A DNA stretch of 63,937 nt, the filler included, from Candidatus Hydrogenedentota bacterium (GTDB lineage: Bacteria > JBFMHD01), in the NCBI GenBank assembly GCA_040752395.1. It is 4 parts of 4 records of this genome, joined end to end, with 100 filler letters (N's around TTAATTAATTAA, not from the genome) between each part and the next. Parts side by side here need not be neighbours in the genome. Positions count along the whole stretch, not along the records: positions 1 to 16,770 come from JBFMHD010000035.1; positions 16,871 to 33,504 come from JBFMHD010000036.1; 2 more parts are not named here. The stretch is one strand, 5' to 3'. Under the pieces are notes generated by a model. That model saw nothing but the letters and a program-made list of their open reading frames with translations, did not search any database and had not been told where the DNA came from. This document shows, piece after piece, positions 8,270 to 17,241 of the stretch (positions are counted from its first letter, which is position 1; every line of letters starts with the position of its first letter). Position numbers and translations under genes: made by a program.

Positions 8270-8849
8270 ATGGAACAGAATTTAAGGTATGACATTAGGG
8301 TTTTATATCATCAAGTTGGCGTCTTTGAAGGCACTATCAAACACCGTGATTTTGTCGAGATTTTTATCTGCTCTCTTTTAATCTTTTTCTTTATATATTT
8401 ACTATCTTTTGATGTTTCAATAATATTTGATATCGGATGTTTGCTTGAAATAACAGGTCTTGTTTTTATCATTGGATATCTGAGATACAAGAGGTTAATA
8501 TCGAAAGTTGACAGTGGTGATGAAAAGGTAACAGAATATTTAAACTATTGGAAAGATCAGTATGAAAAACAGATTAAATTATTGTCAAATGCTTTATGGT
8601 GGGATGTATTACCCGGACTCACAGGGATTGCGGTAATGATGAGTGGAATGATAAAATATAGGGAGTATTTCCCGAATGGAAGTTTATATTTTATATCGTT
8701 CTATGCGGGACTAATAGCATTCGGTGCTTTATTAAGAATGGTTGAACCGGGTATATGCAGTCCGTAAATTAAGGAAAGAAGTCTCAAAGATAAATGATTT
8801 TTTATCAGAATATAAACATAACTTGAATGTTCTGTCCGAAGACGTATGA
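8270..8849 (+). pseudogene. Four-TM membrane protein, probably frameshifted near 8735
   Basis: The ORF ends at 8767 in RMVEPGICSP, while a second frame (8739-8849) reads WLNRVYAVRKLRKEVSKINDFLSEY..., a more natural C-terminus. Confidence 0.45.
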
Positions 8850-8913
8850 AATAGATTGTTTTGGTCAGGATTTACAAAAATGAATGGTGACAGGGAGCAA
8901 TATAGTATAGTAA

Positions 8914-9099
8914 ATAGTATATTCGAGCGGAAAGACGTATCATTATGGTCATAGAGAGGCTTATACATTACTAGGGGAGATTAGACATAAACAGGGTAAG
9001 TTAGCGGAAGCAAAGAGTATGTACGAAAAAGCGATGCAGGAAGACACTTCAAAAAAAGAAGAGTGCGAATCAGAATCAGAAATAAAATTAGTGAAATGA
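8914..9099 (+). pseudogene. TPR-repeat gene fragment
   Basis: Frame reads EAYTLLGEIRHKQGKLAEAKSMYEKAM (a TPR consensus) with no upstream start codon. Confidence 0.45.
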
Positions 9100-9166
9100 G
9101 GGTCACAAGACTCGTTCTTTAGAGTTTAAACCCGTCTTTAAAAAATGAGGTTTTAAAAGAGACCTC
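9097..9166. mobile_element. MITE family H, right half only
   Basis: GGGTCACAAGAC..TTTAAAAAATGAGGTTTTAAAAGAGACCTC matches the right end of 63568-63712. Confidence 0.65.
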
Positions 9167-9215
9167 AAAAAGGTGTCTTGACACTTTAAATCAAAATGAA
9201 ATAATAAAAAGAGTT

Positions 9216-11651
9216 ATGAGAAAAATGCGTAATACCTCTTTTGTACTTTTTACTTCTTACTTTTTATTTCTTATTTTTATAACTGCGCTACATAGCGGAG
9301 AACCTTCTTTTTCTAATATACCGTTGGATGAATATATAGAACTTATTGAAAAAATTGAAGACTCGAAAAAGCCTGTAATTAAACCTATTGTTTCACCAAT
9401 CACAACGGTCCTTGTATCAGGTAATTATACTCTAATTCCAGAAAATGAACAGTTGTCAGTAGATGGACAAATAGAGATACACCAGTTTGTTGATACTTTC
9501 TCTATTATTCCGCTTTTTAAACAGAATTTCAGGTTTAAAAATGCGTTACTTAATAATAAATCAGCTCCATTACTTGTTACCGAAAATAACGAACAAGCTA
9601 TTTTATTAAGAACTTGCGGTAAATATAGATTATCATTTTCAGGTTCTGCTCCACTAACACAGAAAAATCAAACTCTATGTAAATCGCAAATTATTCTACC
9701 GCGAAGCGGCGTTTCACAAATTTTTTTTAATAAACAATTCTCAAAAGAAGCAACCTATCAACGGAGTGTAGACTATGAAGGTAAAGAGATAATCGAAGTA
9801 ACCTGGATACCTTTATCAAAGGTCATATCAGCTGATATAAAAATTAAAACCATAATCAAGGAAGAGAAATTATCTGCTTTATTGAATCAATCAGTAGTCA
9901 TCTCGGAAAATTTTATTAGCGGAACAATCAATACTGTGTTAAATACGTTTAACTTAAAGGATAAACCGATATTTGTATCTTATCCTGACTGGATACAAAT
10001 CTTAAATGTTTCTTGTGACAGATCAGATATCACGGTTTCTTTTGAACCGGTTTCTGACACTTTGACTTTAATCCGACCATCTTCTTTCTGGCAAGAATCT
10101 GTAAATCTTTTTTTATATTATACCCAAAAAAGTCCAGTCTTTTCTGAGAATGTTAATATCCCACAGATTACAATAGTAGATGCTAAACCCGAGGTTATAA
10201 AAATAGGTATATCATCTGATAACGTGCGGTTATCACCGGTGAAAATAGAAAAAGCTGGGTTACTTGACCCTAGTGAACTCAGTTTCCCATCACTTTTTGC
10301 TTATAAGTCAATACATAAAGATTTTTATATTGAATTCAAGCGAGAGCCGATAAACCCTCTAAATGTTATAACCGGCTATTGCAAGAACTCTTCTTTTCGA
10401 GTAATCCGAACAAATGATGGTGATGGCGTAATTCAATCAATATTTAAAATTAAATCAACTAATCTCCCGTTTTTTACATTAAAGATACCAGAGGGTAGTA
10501 CTGTTCTTTCTATATTTTCAGATGGGCAGCCTGTAAAAGCCGGTAGTGTAGATAAACAAACAGTTAAAATCCCATTACCTGTAAATATTCAGGAAAAAGA
10601 GACTAGCCTTGAGGTCTGGCTAAATATCCCGAAAAAGAAATTTTATCTTTTTAATTTTATAAAACAAGAACTACCGTATATCGAGCTTATACAGGAAAAT
10701 GTAAAACTTAATATGCTATATCCAGAAGAAGTATATCCTGTATATTTTTCAGGCAGCTGGGACCAGCTCCCTCTCCCACGTGAAACAGGGGGAATATATC
10801 GAATGATATTTCTTGTTATAAAAAAAATACTGAGATTCATTTTTATTCTTATTATCTTTTTATTGGTTGTTTTTATTATTTTACTCTTTATTGCGGGTTT
10901 GTGGTTTATTGTCTATAAAATTATTAAACTAATATTACCATATCCTAAGTTATTAACTATGCTGACTAAAATTTTCTCTATATTTATTATTTTTATTATT
11001 TGTGTGGTTATTTTTATTTTTTTAATTATAGTTTTTCTTTCAATGAAACATCAACTTTCAACAGAGTATAGACCGGTTGTTAATGAAAAAGTGGTTGGTG
11101 AAGGGCAGGCATCATTAAGTGCAGAGATATACGGTCCTGGAACCGAACAAGAAGAAATGGCTGATGAAAAAAGACTCAAAAAAGCAAAGATAATTGATAA
11201 AATCAGAGAAGAGAAGAAACCACAAAAAACAAGAACCGAGGAGTTTTTTAAACAAGAAATAAAACAAACACTATATCTTACAGAAGGGGTTCTGCCTGTA
11301 AGATTTCAATTCCCAGAAGAAGGCATAGCATATACAGGTCAAAACTTTTTCCCAGAAGCCCGTTTACAAACTATTAATATTGTTCTTGTATCAAAGAATG
11401 GTATTAGTTTTATATATCTTATTTTTTTCTGTATCGGGTTTTATATTGGTTATAAATCATATAAAAAATGGTATAAATCGCAACTTGAATTTTTCAAGGT
11501 CTCGGTTTTATTTATTATAATCTCAATCGCTGTTTCTTATGTATTCTACGGCATTATTTTCAATTTGATCATTGGTTTTATTATGGGAAGATACTCACCT
11601 GTTTTAATGAACTATATGGGAGGAAAATTTTTGAAAACCGGAGGTATATAG
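9216..11651 (+). CDS. Large exported/membrane protein of unknown function (paralog 1)
   Basis: N-terminal signal-like segment, long beta-rich region, C-terminal TM helices; GVLPVRFQFP..G motif shared with the next gene. Confidence 0.75.
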   Translation: MRKMRNTSFVLFTSYFLFLIFITALHSGEPSFSNIPLDEYIELIEKIEDSKKPVIKPIVSPITTVLVSGNYTLIPENEQLSVDGQIEIHQFVDTFSIIPLFKQNFRFKNALLNNKSAPLLVTENNEQAILLRTCGKYRLSFSGSAPLTQKNQTLCKSQIILPRSGVSQIFFNKQFSKEATYQRSVDYEGKEIIEVTWIPLSKVISADIKIKTIIKEEKLSALLNQSVVISENFISGTINTVLNTFNLKDKPIFVSYPDWIQILNVSCDRSDITVSFEPVSDTLTLIRPSSFWQESVNLFLYYTQKSPVFSENVNIPQITIVDAKPEVIKIGISSDNVRLSPVKIEKAGLLDPSELSFPSLFAYKSIHKDFYIEFKREPINPLNVITGYCKNSSFRVIRTNDGDGVIQSIFKIKSTNLPFFTLKIPEGSTVLSIFSDGQPVKAGSVDKQTVKIPLPVNIQEKETSLEVWLNIPKKKFYLFNFIKQELPYIELIQENVKLNMLYPEEVYPVYFSGSWDQLPLPRETGGIYRMIFLVIKKILRFIFILIIFLLVVFIILLFIAGLWFIVYKIIKLILPYPKLLTMLTKIFSIFIIFIICVVIFIFLIIVFLSMKHQLSTEYRPVVNEKVVGEGQASLSAEIYGPGTEQEEMADEKRLKKAKIIDKIREEKKPQKTRTEEFFKQEIKQTLYLTEGVLPVRFQFPEEGIAYTGQNFFPEARLQTINIVLVSKNGISFIYLIFFCIGFYIGYKSYKKWYKSQLEFFKVSVLFIIISIAVSYVFYGIIFNLIIGFIMGRYSPVLMNYMGGKFLKTGGI

Positions 11652-11654
11652 TCA

Positions 11655-13859
11655 ATGAAAAAATTATTTGTATTATTTAGCATATTTGTTTTAATTTTAT
11701 CTATCAATACGTTTATTTTTGCGCAAGCCTCAACAAGTGTGAGCATACCCTGGCAGGAATTCAAGAAATTACTCGATGAAATACAAAAACTAAAATCACC
11801 TGATATTAAACCTCTCTCACCTGTCCCTTATATCATCTCAGAATCAAATTACAAACTCAGGGCAGAAAATGACATATTAAAGGGTAATTTAAATCTACGC
11901 ATCTATGTATTAAACGATATCTGGGTTGAGATACCTTTACTTGACCAGAATCTATCAATCGAGGATGCAAAAATTAATGGTCAGAATCTACTTTTATATA
12001 AGAAAGAAGGGAGATATTATTCATTAATCAGGGGAACTGGTAATTTTGATATTTCACTCAAATTTTCCTGTAAAATCACAGTTACTTCTGCTACGAATAC
12101 CATCTCGTTTGCTGCACCACAAACTCCGGTAACATTGCTTGAACTTACTATCCCTGGAAAAAATGCACGTGTAACATCAACCCCTGAACCGGTCGCTACT
12201 ACCAAAAGTCTTGATAATGCAACAGTATATACAGCTTATTTCCCTTCAACCGAGCATATCGGACTTGAATGGGTTTCTGCTGTAAGAGAGATTGAAGCCA
12301 CAAAAAAAGAACCGCGAATCTTTATTACTACTTCTTCTCTCTTAACTGTCGGTGAAGGCCATATACGAAATCGATTATTTATAAATCTTGAGGTTCTGCA
12401 ATCAGGCATTGATACTTTGAAAATCTCATTACCACAAGGTATGAATCTATTATCTCTAACACCTGACGAAAATATCGAATGGGAGATACAGGATATCGAA
12501 GGTAGTCAGATTGTTTTAATTAAAACAGCATATCCTATGCTTGGTAATAAAACATTTATTCTTGATGCTGATTTTCAGATGCCTGATGTCTCGAGTTTTG
12601 TTAAACTAACAGCAACTGCTATCGAACCATCACACAGAACAACTGGTTACATAGCAATTTCAGCGCTTACAAACGTTGAAGTGGTACCAAAAGAAGTGAA
12701 TAACCTTGTGCACATAGACCAGACAGAACTGCCACAGGATTTAATTCAAGCAACAGATAAACCGATACTCCTCTCTTTTAAATACGTTACTCTTCCTTAT
12801 GATATAGGCATTGAAATAACAAGACATAAAGACATAGCGGTCCTGACAACAGCAGCAGATAGGGCTGAAATACTCACGCTTAATACAGGCGAGCAGGAAA
12901 TAACCCGATGCATATTTCAGATTCGAAACAATCTACGTCAATATCTTGAGTTCGAGCTACCGGCGGATGCGGTTCTCTGGTCAACGTTTACAGACAACCA
13001 GCCAGTAAAACCTGGACTTGGTTCAAAACCAAACTCGATACTTGTTCCTTTATTAAAATCAAGACCCGGGGAAGGAGAGGAGGCTTTATTCCCGGTTGAG
13101 ATACTTTTTTATCGTGATAAAAAAGGTGCCTCTTGTCTTGGCTCTTTACATCAGATACTACCAGGAGTAGATGTTCCAATAAGTACGATACAGTGGGAGA
13201 TTTATTTTCCTTTTGAATGGAAAGTCATTGGTATCACAGGAGATTTTAGAAAAGCAAAAGCAGTTATTACTCCTTTGGCCCAGGAACGTGAGAAAAAATC
13301 TTATAAATTGGAGAGCCAGGCGATACAGAGTAATATCGCTTTGTATCAACAGCAGATGCAGCTAAAACCAGGACTTTCTGCAGGTATGTTGCCTGTTCGT
13401 GTTGATATTCCTCGTGTGGGGCAGTATAAAGTTTTTAGTAAGAATTATTATAATCCTGATAAAGGTAAAAGCCCCGGGTACAGGATTTTTTATGTAACAC
13501 CGTTTACTATAAAGATATTTAGATTATTATCAGTAATAGCCGGTTTTATTTCTGTAATGATATTAGAGAGGTATGTGAGTAAGAAATTAAAGATAATTGA
13601 GCCTGGGGAACCGCTTTCATTCTGGCGTCGTTTAAAACCGACTTCAAAAGAATTTTTATATTGTATCACTGCGATAATTGTGATTAGTATCTTTCATCAT
13701 TTTATATCGCCAATCTGGGGTGCTGTATTACGCGGTATATTGTTTGGGATAATCATTGGTCTTCCGTATCAGTATTTAAAAAACACAAGGAATCAGGTTT
13801 CAGGAACAGGTTCTATATTAGATGAGGGGTCGGGGAGTTTTAGTTCAAAAAATCATTAA
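11655..13859 (+). CDS. Large exported/membrane protein of unknown function (paralog 2)
   Basis: Signal peptide (..IFA-QAS), VSIPWQEFKKLL, STFTDNQPVKPG, GMLPVRVDIP..G, C-terminal TM helices; 3-bp gap from paralog 1. Confidence 0.75.
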   Translation: MKKLFVLFSIFVLILSINTFIFAQASTSVSIPWQEFKKLLDEIQKLKSPDIKPLSPVPYIISESNYKLRAENDILKGNLNLRIYVLNDIWVEIPLLDQNLSIEDAKINGQNLLLYKKEGRYYSLIRGTGNFDISLKFSCKITVTSATNTISFAAPQTPVTLLELTIPGKNARVTSTPEPVATTKSLDNATVYTAYFPSTEHIGLEWVSAVREIEATKKEPRIFITTSSLLTVGEGHIRNRLFINLEVLQSGIDTLKISLPQGMNLLSLTPDENIEWEIQDIEGSQIVLIKTAYPMLGNKTFILDADFQMPDVSSFVKLTATAIEPSHRTTGYIAISALTNVEVVPKEVNNLVHIDQTELPQDLIQATDKPILLSFKYVTLPYDIGIEITRHKDIAVLTTAADRAEILTLNTGEQEITRCIFQIRNNLRQYLEFELPADAVLWSTFTDNQPVKPGLGSKPNSILVPLLKSRPGEGEEALFPVEILFYRDKKGASCLGSLHQILPGVDVPISTIQWEIYFPFEWKVIGITGDFRKAKAVITPLAQEREKKSYKLESQAIQSNIALYQQQMQLKPGLSAGMLPVRVDIPRVGQYKVFSKNYYNPDKGKSPGYRIFYVTPFTIKIFRLLSVIAGFISVMILERYVSKKLKIIEPGEPLSFWRRLKPTSKEFLYCITAIIVISIFHHFISPIWGAVLRGILFGIIIGLPYQYLKNTRNQVSGTGSILDEGSGSFSSKNH

Positions 13860-13941
13860 AAATAAAGGAGGAAAAAATTAAGATAGTATAAAAATATAAT
13901 ACATTAAACAACACAGCATAACTATGCAGGAGAAAAGACAT

Positions 13942-14433
13942 ATGAAAAAGCAGAACCAGACGAAGCAAAGACAGAAACGCGAAAGAAAAATATCAAAAGA
14001 ATGGATAGAACAGGCACGGGAATATTTTTGTAGGTTTCTTAAAGAGACCAACTTTCCCCATCCAGGACGAATGGGGAGAAGATGACCTGAAGTTTTGTAT
14101 CCTGAATGGCTAATAATGTTTATTGAAGTATTGGCGGTATGTTGTGAGATCAAAACATATGTTGGTATTCATCGGCTTGTAGTTGAACACTGGGATACAA
14201 TACGAGGTGCGGAAAATTTGCCAGTAATAAGTGAACGACAGTTGCAGGATCGCTTAAAAAAAATCAGCTTTAAGCTCGGAAAAACTCCAGGATATGTTTC
14301 TCAAATATTTCCTGGACTATAAAAAAGACAGAGTTATAAGCGGTGATAAAAAAAACGAAAAACGCGAGAAACTGGGACGGCTCTGGTTTTTGTACGGCAA
14401 ACGGAAAAAGATAGAATTGACTATTCCCATTGA
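13942..14433 (+). pseudogene. Decayed DDE transposase (IS4/IS5-like) N-terminal remnant
   Basis: ATG 13942 frame interrupted by TGA at 14083; continues YPEWLIMFI..TY.GIHR..PVISERQLQDRLKK; an A8 run at about 14256-14263 leads into a second frame with VISGD, then truncates. Confidence 0.55.
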
Positions 14434-14470
14434 TTGATTAAAGTGAGAAAGTTGGGAGGAGGAATGAGAT

Positions 14471-14833
14471 ATGTTAAGTATCAATGAAATGTCAAGACTG
14501 TTCAACCGGGGTTGCGATTCCGCGCTACTGATCGGTAATTTTTTAGACGAGTTCAAGAACGCCGCAGATGAAGATAGACGCAAATCCGTTCAAAAACCGC
14601 CGGTCAATACAAAGGGGAATAAATCTTCTTATCTGGCAGCAATGGTTGAGCAGTTGTGTCTGGAATACAAACTGGATATTCCGGCCTGGGTCAATGATAA
14701 AAAATATTTCCTGAAAGAACCCGTGTTTTATACGGCGTTTGAAAATTTGAAAACCGTATTGATTCAGGAGAGCCCGGTTCCATTCCGCAGAAGGAATATA
14801 TTTGTATCCGGTAACGCGTTAGACAGGGTTTGA
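14471..14833 (+). CDS. Putative antitoxin/partner of a DUF6036 nucleotidyltransferase
   Basis: GNFLDEF..YLAAMVEQLC..PAWV..FL.EP.F..ESPVPFRRRNIFV, a pattern usually seen upstream of DUF6036 genes. Confidence 0.6.
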   Translation: MLSINEMSRLFNRGCDSALLIGNFLDEFKNAADEDRRKSVQKPPVNTKGNKSSYLAAMVEQLCLEYKLDIPAWVNDKKYFLKEPVFYTAFENLKTVLIQESPVPFRRRNIFVSGNALDRV

Positions 14834-14834
14834 T

Positions 14835-15365
14835 ATGGGGAATTTTACGCTTACCAAAAGCAGGATATTGAGATTATTGAAGGAGATATCAAGAAGACTG
14901 GGCCGCCGGGGATTAACCGGAGAGATAGTATTATTCGGCGGCGCGGCTATGACCGTAGTTTTCAGTTCGCGGGAATCGACCCGTGATGTGGATGCTGTAT
15001 TTCGGCCGGCTAAAATTATCAGGGATATAGCGGCGCAGATCGGAAAGGAACGCGGTATGAGTGAAACATGGCTGAACGATGCGGTAAAAGGATTTGTCAG
15101 CGATAAAGGCGACCACAATTTATACTATGAGGACAGGAACCTGAAAATATTTTCAGCGAGTCCGGAATATATTCTTGCCATGAAATGCATGTCAATGCGG
15201 CTGGCTGACAGCAAGGACGAGGAGGACATTAAATATCTGCTGAAGAGACTGGTGTTAACGAGAAAGGAGGATGTCTTCGCGTTGATCGAGAAATATTATC
15301 CGAGAAACAGGATACCAGCGAAGACCCAGTTTGCGCTGGAAGAGTTGTTCGATAAACTTAAATGA
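14835..15365 (+). CDS. DUF6036-family nucleotidyltransferase (type IV TA-like)
   Basis: VLFGGAAM..R.STRDVDAVF, WLNDAVKGF, EYILAMK, DEEDI. Confidence 0.75.
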   Translation: MGNFTLTKSRILRLLKEISRRLGRRGLTGEIVLFGGAAMTVVFSSRESTRDVDAVFRPAKIIRDIAAQIGKERGMSETWLNDAVKGFVSDKGDHNLYYEDRNLKIFSASPEYILAMKCMSMRLADSKDEEDIKYLLKRLVLTRKEDVFALIEKYYPRNRIPAKTQFALEELFDKLK

Positions 15366-15445
15366 TTTTGTCGCTGCAATCGGACGGTTGTGATGGAAAC
15401 GAGATAGATTGTTTGTGGTTGACTTTTTAATAGAAATGGTTTTTT

Positions 15446-15601
15446 ATGACAATTATGAGAGAAGCTGATTATAGAATCGCCAAAGAACTGAAAGAAAAAT
15501 TAACTGAACACATACGGATTCTTGACTTTATGGTATTCGGGTCGCGGGCAATCGGATTGAATTTTATTGAAATACAGAAAAATATTCCGTGTTTCATTTG
15601 A
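15446..15601 (+). pseudogene. Truncated minimal nucleotidyltransferase (MNT) fragment
   Basis: MREADYRIAKELKEKL..VFGSRA, then similarity is lost before the DxD motif. Confidence 0.55.
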
Positions 15602-15735
15602 GCTACCGGCGGATGTGGTTCTCTGGTCAACGTTTACAGACAACCAGCCAGTAAAACCTGGACTTGGTTCAAAACCAAACTCGATACTTGTTCCTTTATT
15701 TAAATAAGGAATCAGGTTTCAGGAACAGGTTCTAT
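15600..15735 (+). repeat. Duplicated, internally deleted fragment of gene 11655-13859
   Basis: 15600-15700 matches 12954-13054 (one mismatch); 15706-15735 matches 13787-13816. Confidence 0.9.
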
Positions 15736-15739
15736 CCCC

Positions 15740-16336
15740 TCATTCTAATTTTGTGTCTATCAGGTCTTTCAAAGCGATCAAAGCTTCTTTTGATTGATGG
15801 CCAGTTGCTATGAATTCAATAATATCCCCTTTTATAGCAGCTAATCCTAAAAATCCCAATAACGACTTTACATTAAGATATTTTTTGTCATTTAAAGTAA
15901 AATTATAATGCATCATTCCCTTCATATTGTGTGCGTATACATCGCAATCGTATTTGCTTACAAGATTTGAGATTTTAGAAGACGGCCCCATATGTAACCC
16001 TTTTTCATTTTTAATTGTTACTATTAAAGTAAGAAAACCACTCTTTTCCAATGATTCTCTTTCCTCACGCCAGATATGAGCATACTCTTTTACCCACTCT
16101 TCAGGAGAGATATTTCTATCAAGAATCTCTTGTTTCTGAGCGAGATTATCGATCCGTTGTTTTTCACGTTTCCATGACTCTGCATAATTTTTTATAAAAT
16201 CAATAATAGCCTCCTCAATACTCACCTCTCTTTTCTGTTCCAGGGACATATAGTATTTACGGTCCTCAATCGCTTTTAGTTCAGCTGGCGTAAGATTGAT
16301 ATTTTGAGGGTCAATTTTTAACTCATCAGTATTCAT
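15740..16336 (-). CDS. DUF4032-like helical domain fused to an HPr-like phosphocarrier domain
   Basis: AIEDRKYYMSLEQKREVSIEEAIIDFIKNY (DUF4032-like); IKNEKGLHMGP (His15 motif), NVKSLLGFLGL (Ser46 motif), GD.I.F.A.G..S.EAL. Confidence 0.7.
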   Translation of the reverse strand: MNTDELKIDPQNINLTPAELKAIEDRKYYMSLEQKREVSIEEAIIDFIKNYAESWKREKQRIDNLAQKQEILDRNISPEEWVKEYAHIWREERESLEKSGFLTLIVTIKNEKGLHMGPSSKISNLVSKYDCDVYAHNMKGMMHYNFTLNDKKYLNVKSLLGFLGLAAIKGDIIEFIATGHQSKEALIALKDLIDTKLE

Positions 16337-16348
16337 TTTTAAGCCTCT

Positions 16349-16770
16349 CTCCTCTGAAAAACTTTGTAACTATAATAATATCAAGTAGAAGCAAGATAAA
16401 CAAACATCTGGTTTTTCATACTTTGTGTAGAGCACAAAAACGCAATAACCCAATAACCCAATAGTGTAGAGCGCAAACGCGCTCATGAGTACTCCTTCCA
16501 CAAGCCCCCTGGTATTTATTTTATGTAGTGCTCCCTGTTTGTCGAGACATTTTTTAGTAAATTTTTGGCACATCAGGCAGGCAAAGACACACACAAGAAA
16601 AAACTTTGTGCCTTTGTGCCTTTGAAAGTAAGAAGTGAGAAGTGAGAAGTATCAGGACAGGCTACAGGCTACAGGCTACGGACTACAGCCGGCTGGAGCC
16701 AAAAGCCAAAAGCCTGCTGAAAAGTCTTGAGTCTTGAGTCTCGAGTCCTGTTTTGACTCACGACTTGCGA
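16349..16770 (-). repeat. Modular intergenic repeat cluster running into the contig end
   Basis: CTCCTCTGAAAAACTTTGTAAC block, REP-like GTAGAGCGCAAACGCGCTC, TTTGTGCC, GGCT/AGCC and GAGTC blocks. Confidence 0.9.
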
Positions 16771-16870
16771 NNNNNNNNNNNNNNNNNNNNNNNNNNNNNN
16801 NNNNNNNNNNNNNNTTAATTAATTAANNNNNNNNNNNNNNNNNNNNNNNNNNNNNNNNNNNNNNNNNNNN
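16771..16870. other. Artificial contig joiner (N spacer with TTAATTAATTAA linker)
   Basis: 44 N + TTAATTAATTAA + 44 N, identical at all three gaps. Confidence 0.95.
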
Positions 16871-17162
16871 ATGAAAAACTAAAGATGATATAAAAAGAGT
16901 CGTGAGTCACAAGTCGCAAGTCGTGAGTCAAAACAGGACTCAAGACTCAAGACTTTTCAGCAGGCTTTTGGCTTTTGGCTCCAGCCGGCTGTAGTCCCTA
17001 GCCTGTAGCCTGTAGCCCAAATTATTAGGGTTGCGAAGTTTTTCAGAGGAGATTCAGACGTTTTCTTGCCTCTTGCTTCTTGCTTCTTTCGTTATCTTTC
17101 TTTCCGTTATCTTGCTTCTTGTTTCTTGCTTCTTAAGTAAGTTCTACTGCACCAATAACTGA
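16871..17162 (+). repeat. Modular intergenic repeat cluster at contig start
   Basis: Same blocks as 17-322, including the AAGTAA.TTCTAC.GCACCAATAACTGA tail. Confidence 0.9.
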
Positions 17163-17241
17163 TGGAATACTAAAATGGCATATTAAATCTTGACCGATAA
17201 AGGAAATAAATGTAAATGTATTTTCCAAGCAGGTATTTTAT

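Noticed and set aside
14083-14085. In-frame TGA as selenocysteine or recoding
   Set aside because: It lies in a transposase remnant that is also truncated downstream; TGA is used as a normal stop elsewhere in the window
15600-15735. Diversity-generating retroelement template/variable repeat pair
   Set aside because: The single mismatch is C/T and not adenine-specific, and no reverse transcriptase is present
16370-16594. ORFs 16370-16594, 30994-31179 and 37443-37724
   Set aside because: They run through the non-coding repeat blocks and have no protein-like features
16815-16826. TTAATTAATTAA palindrome within the N runs (also at the other two gaps)
   Set aside because: Artificial linker used to join contigs
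16349-17052. Apparent large inverted element with CTCCTCTGAAAA...TTTTCAGAGGAG ends spanning a gap (similarly 33362-33811)
   Set aside because: The two halves lie on different contigs whose adjacency is probably artificial
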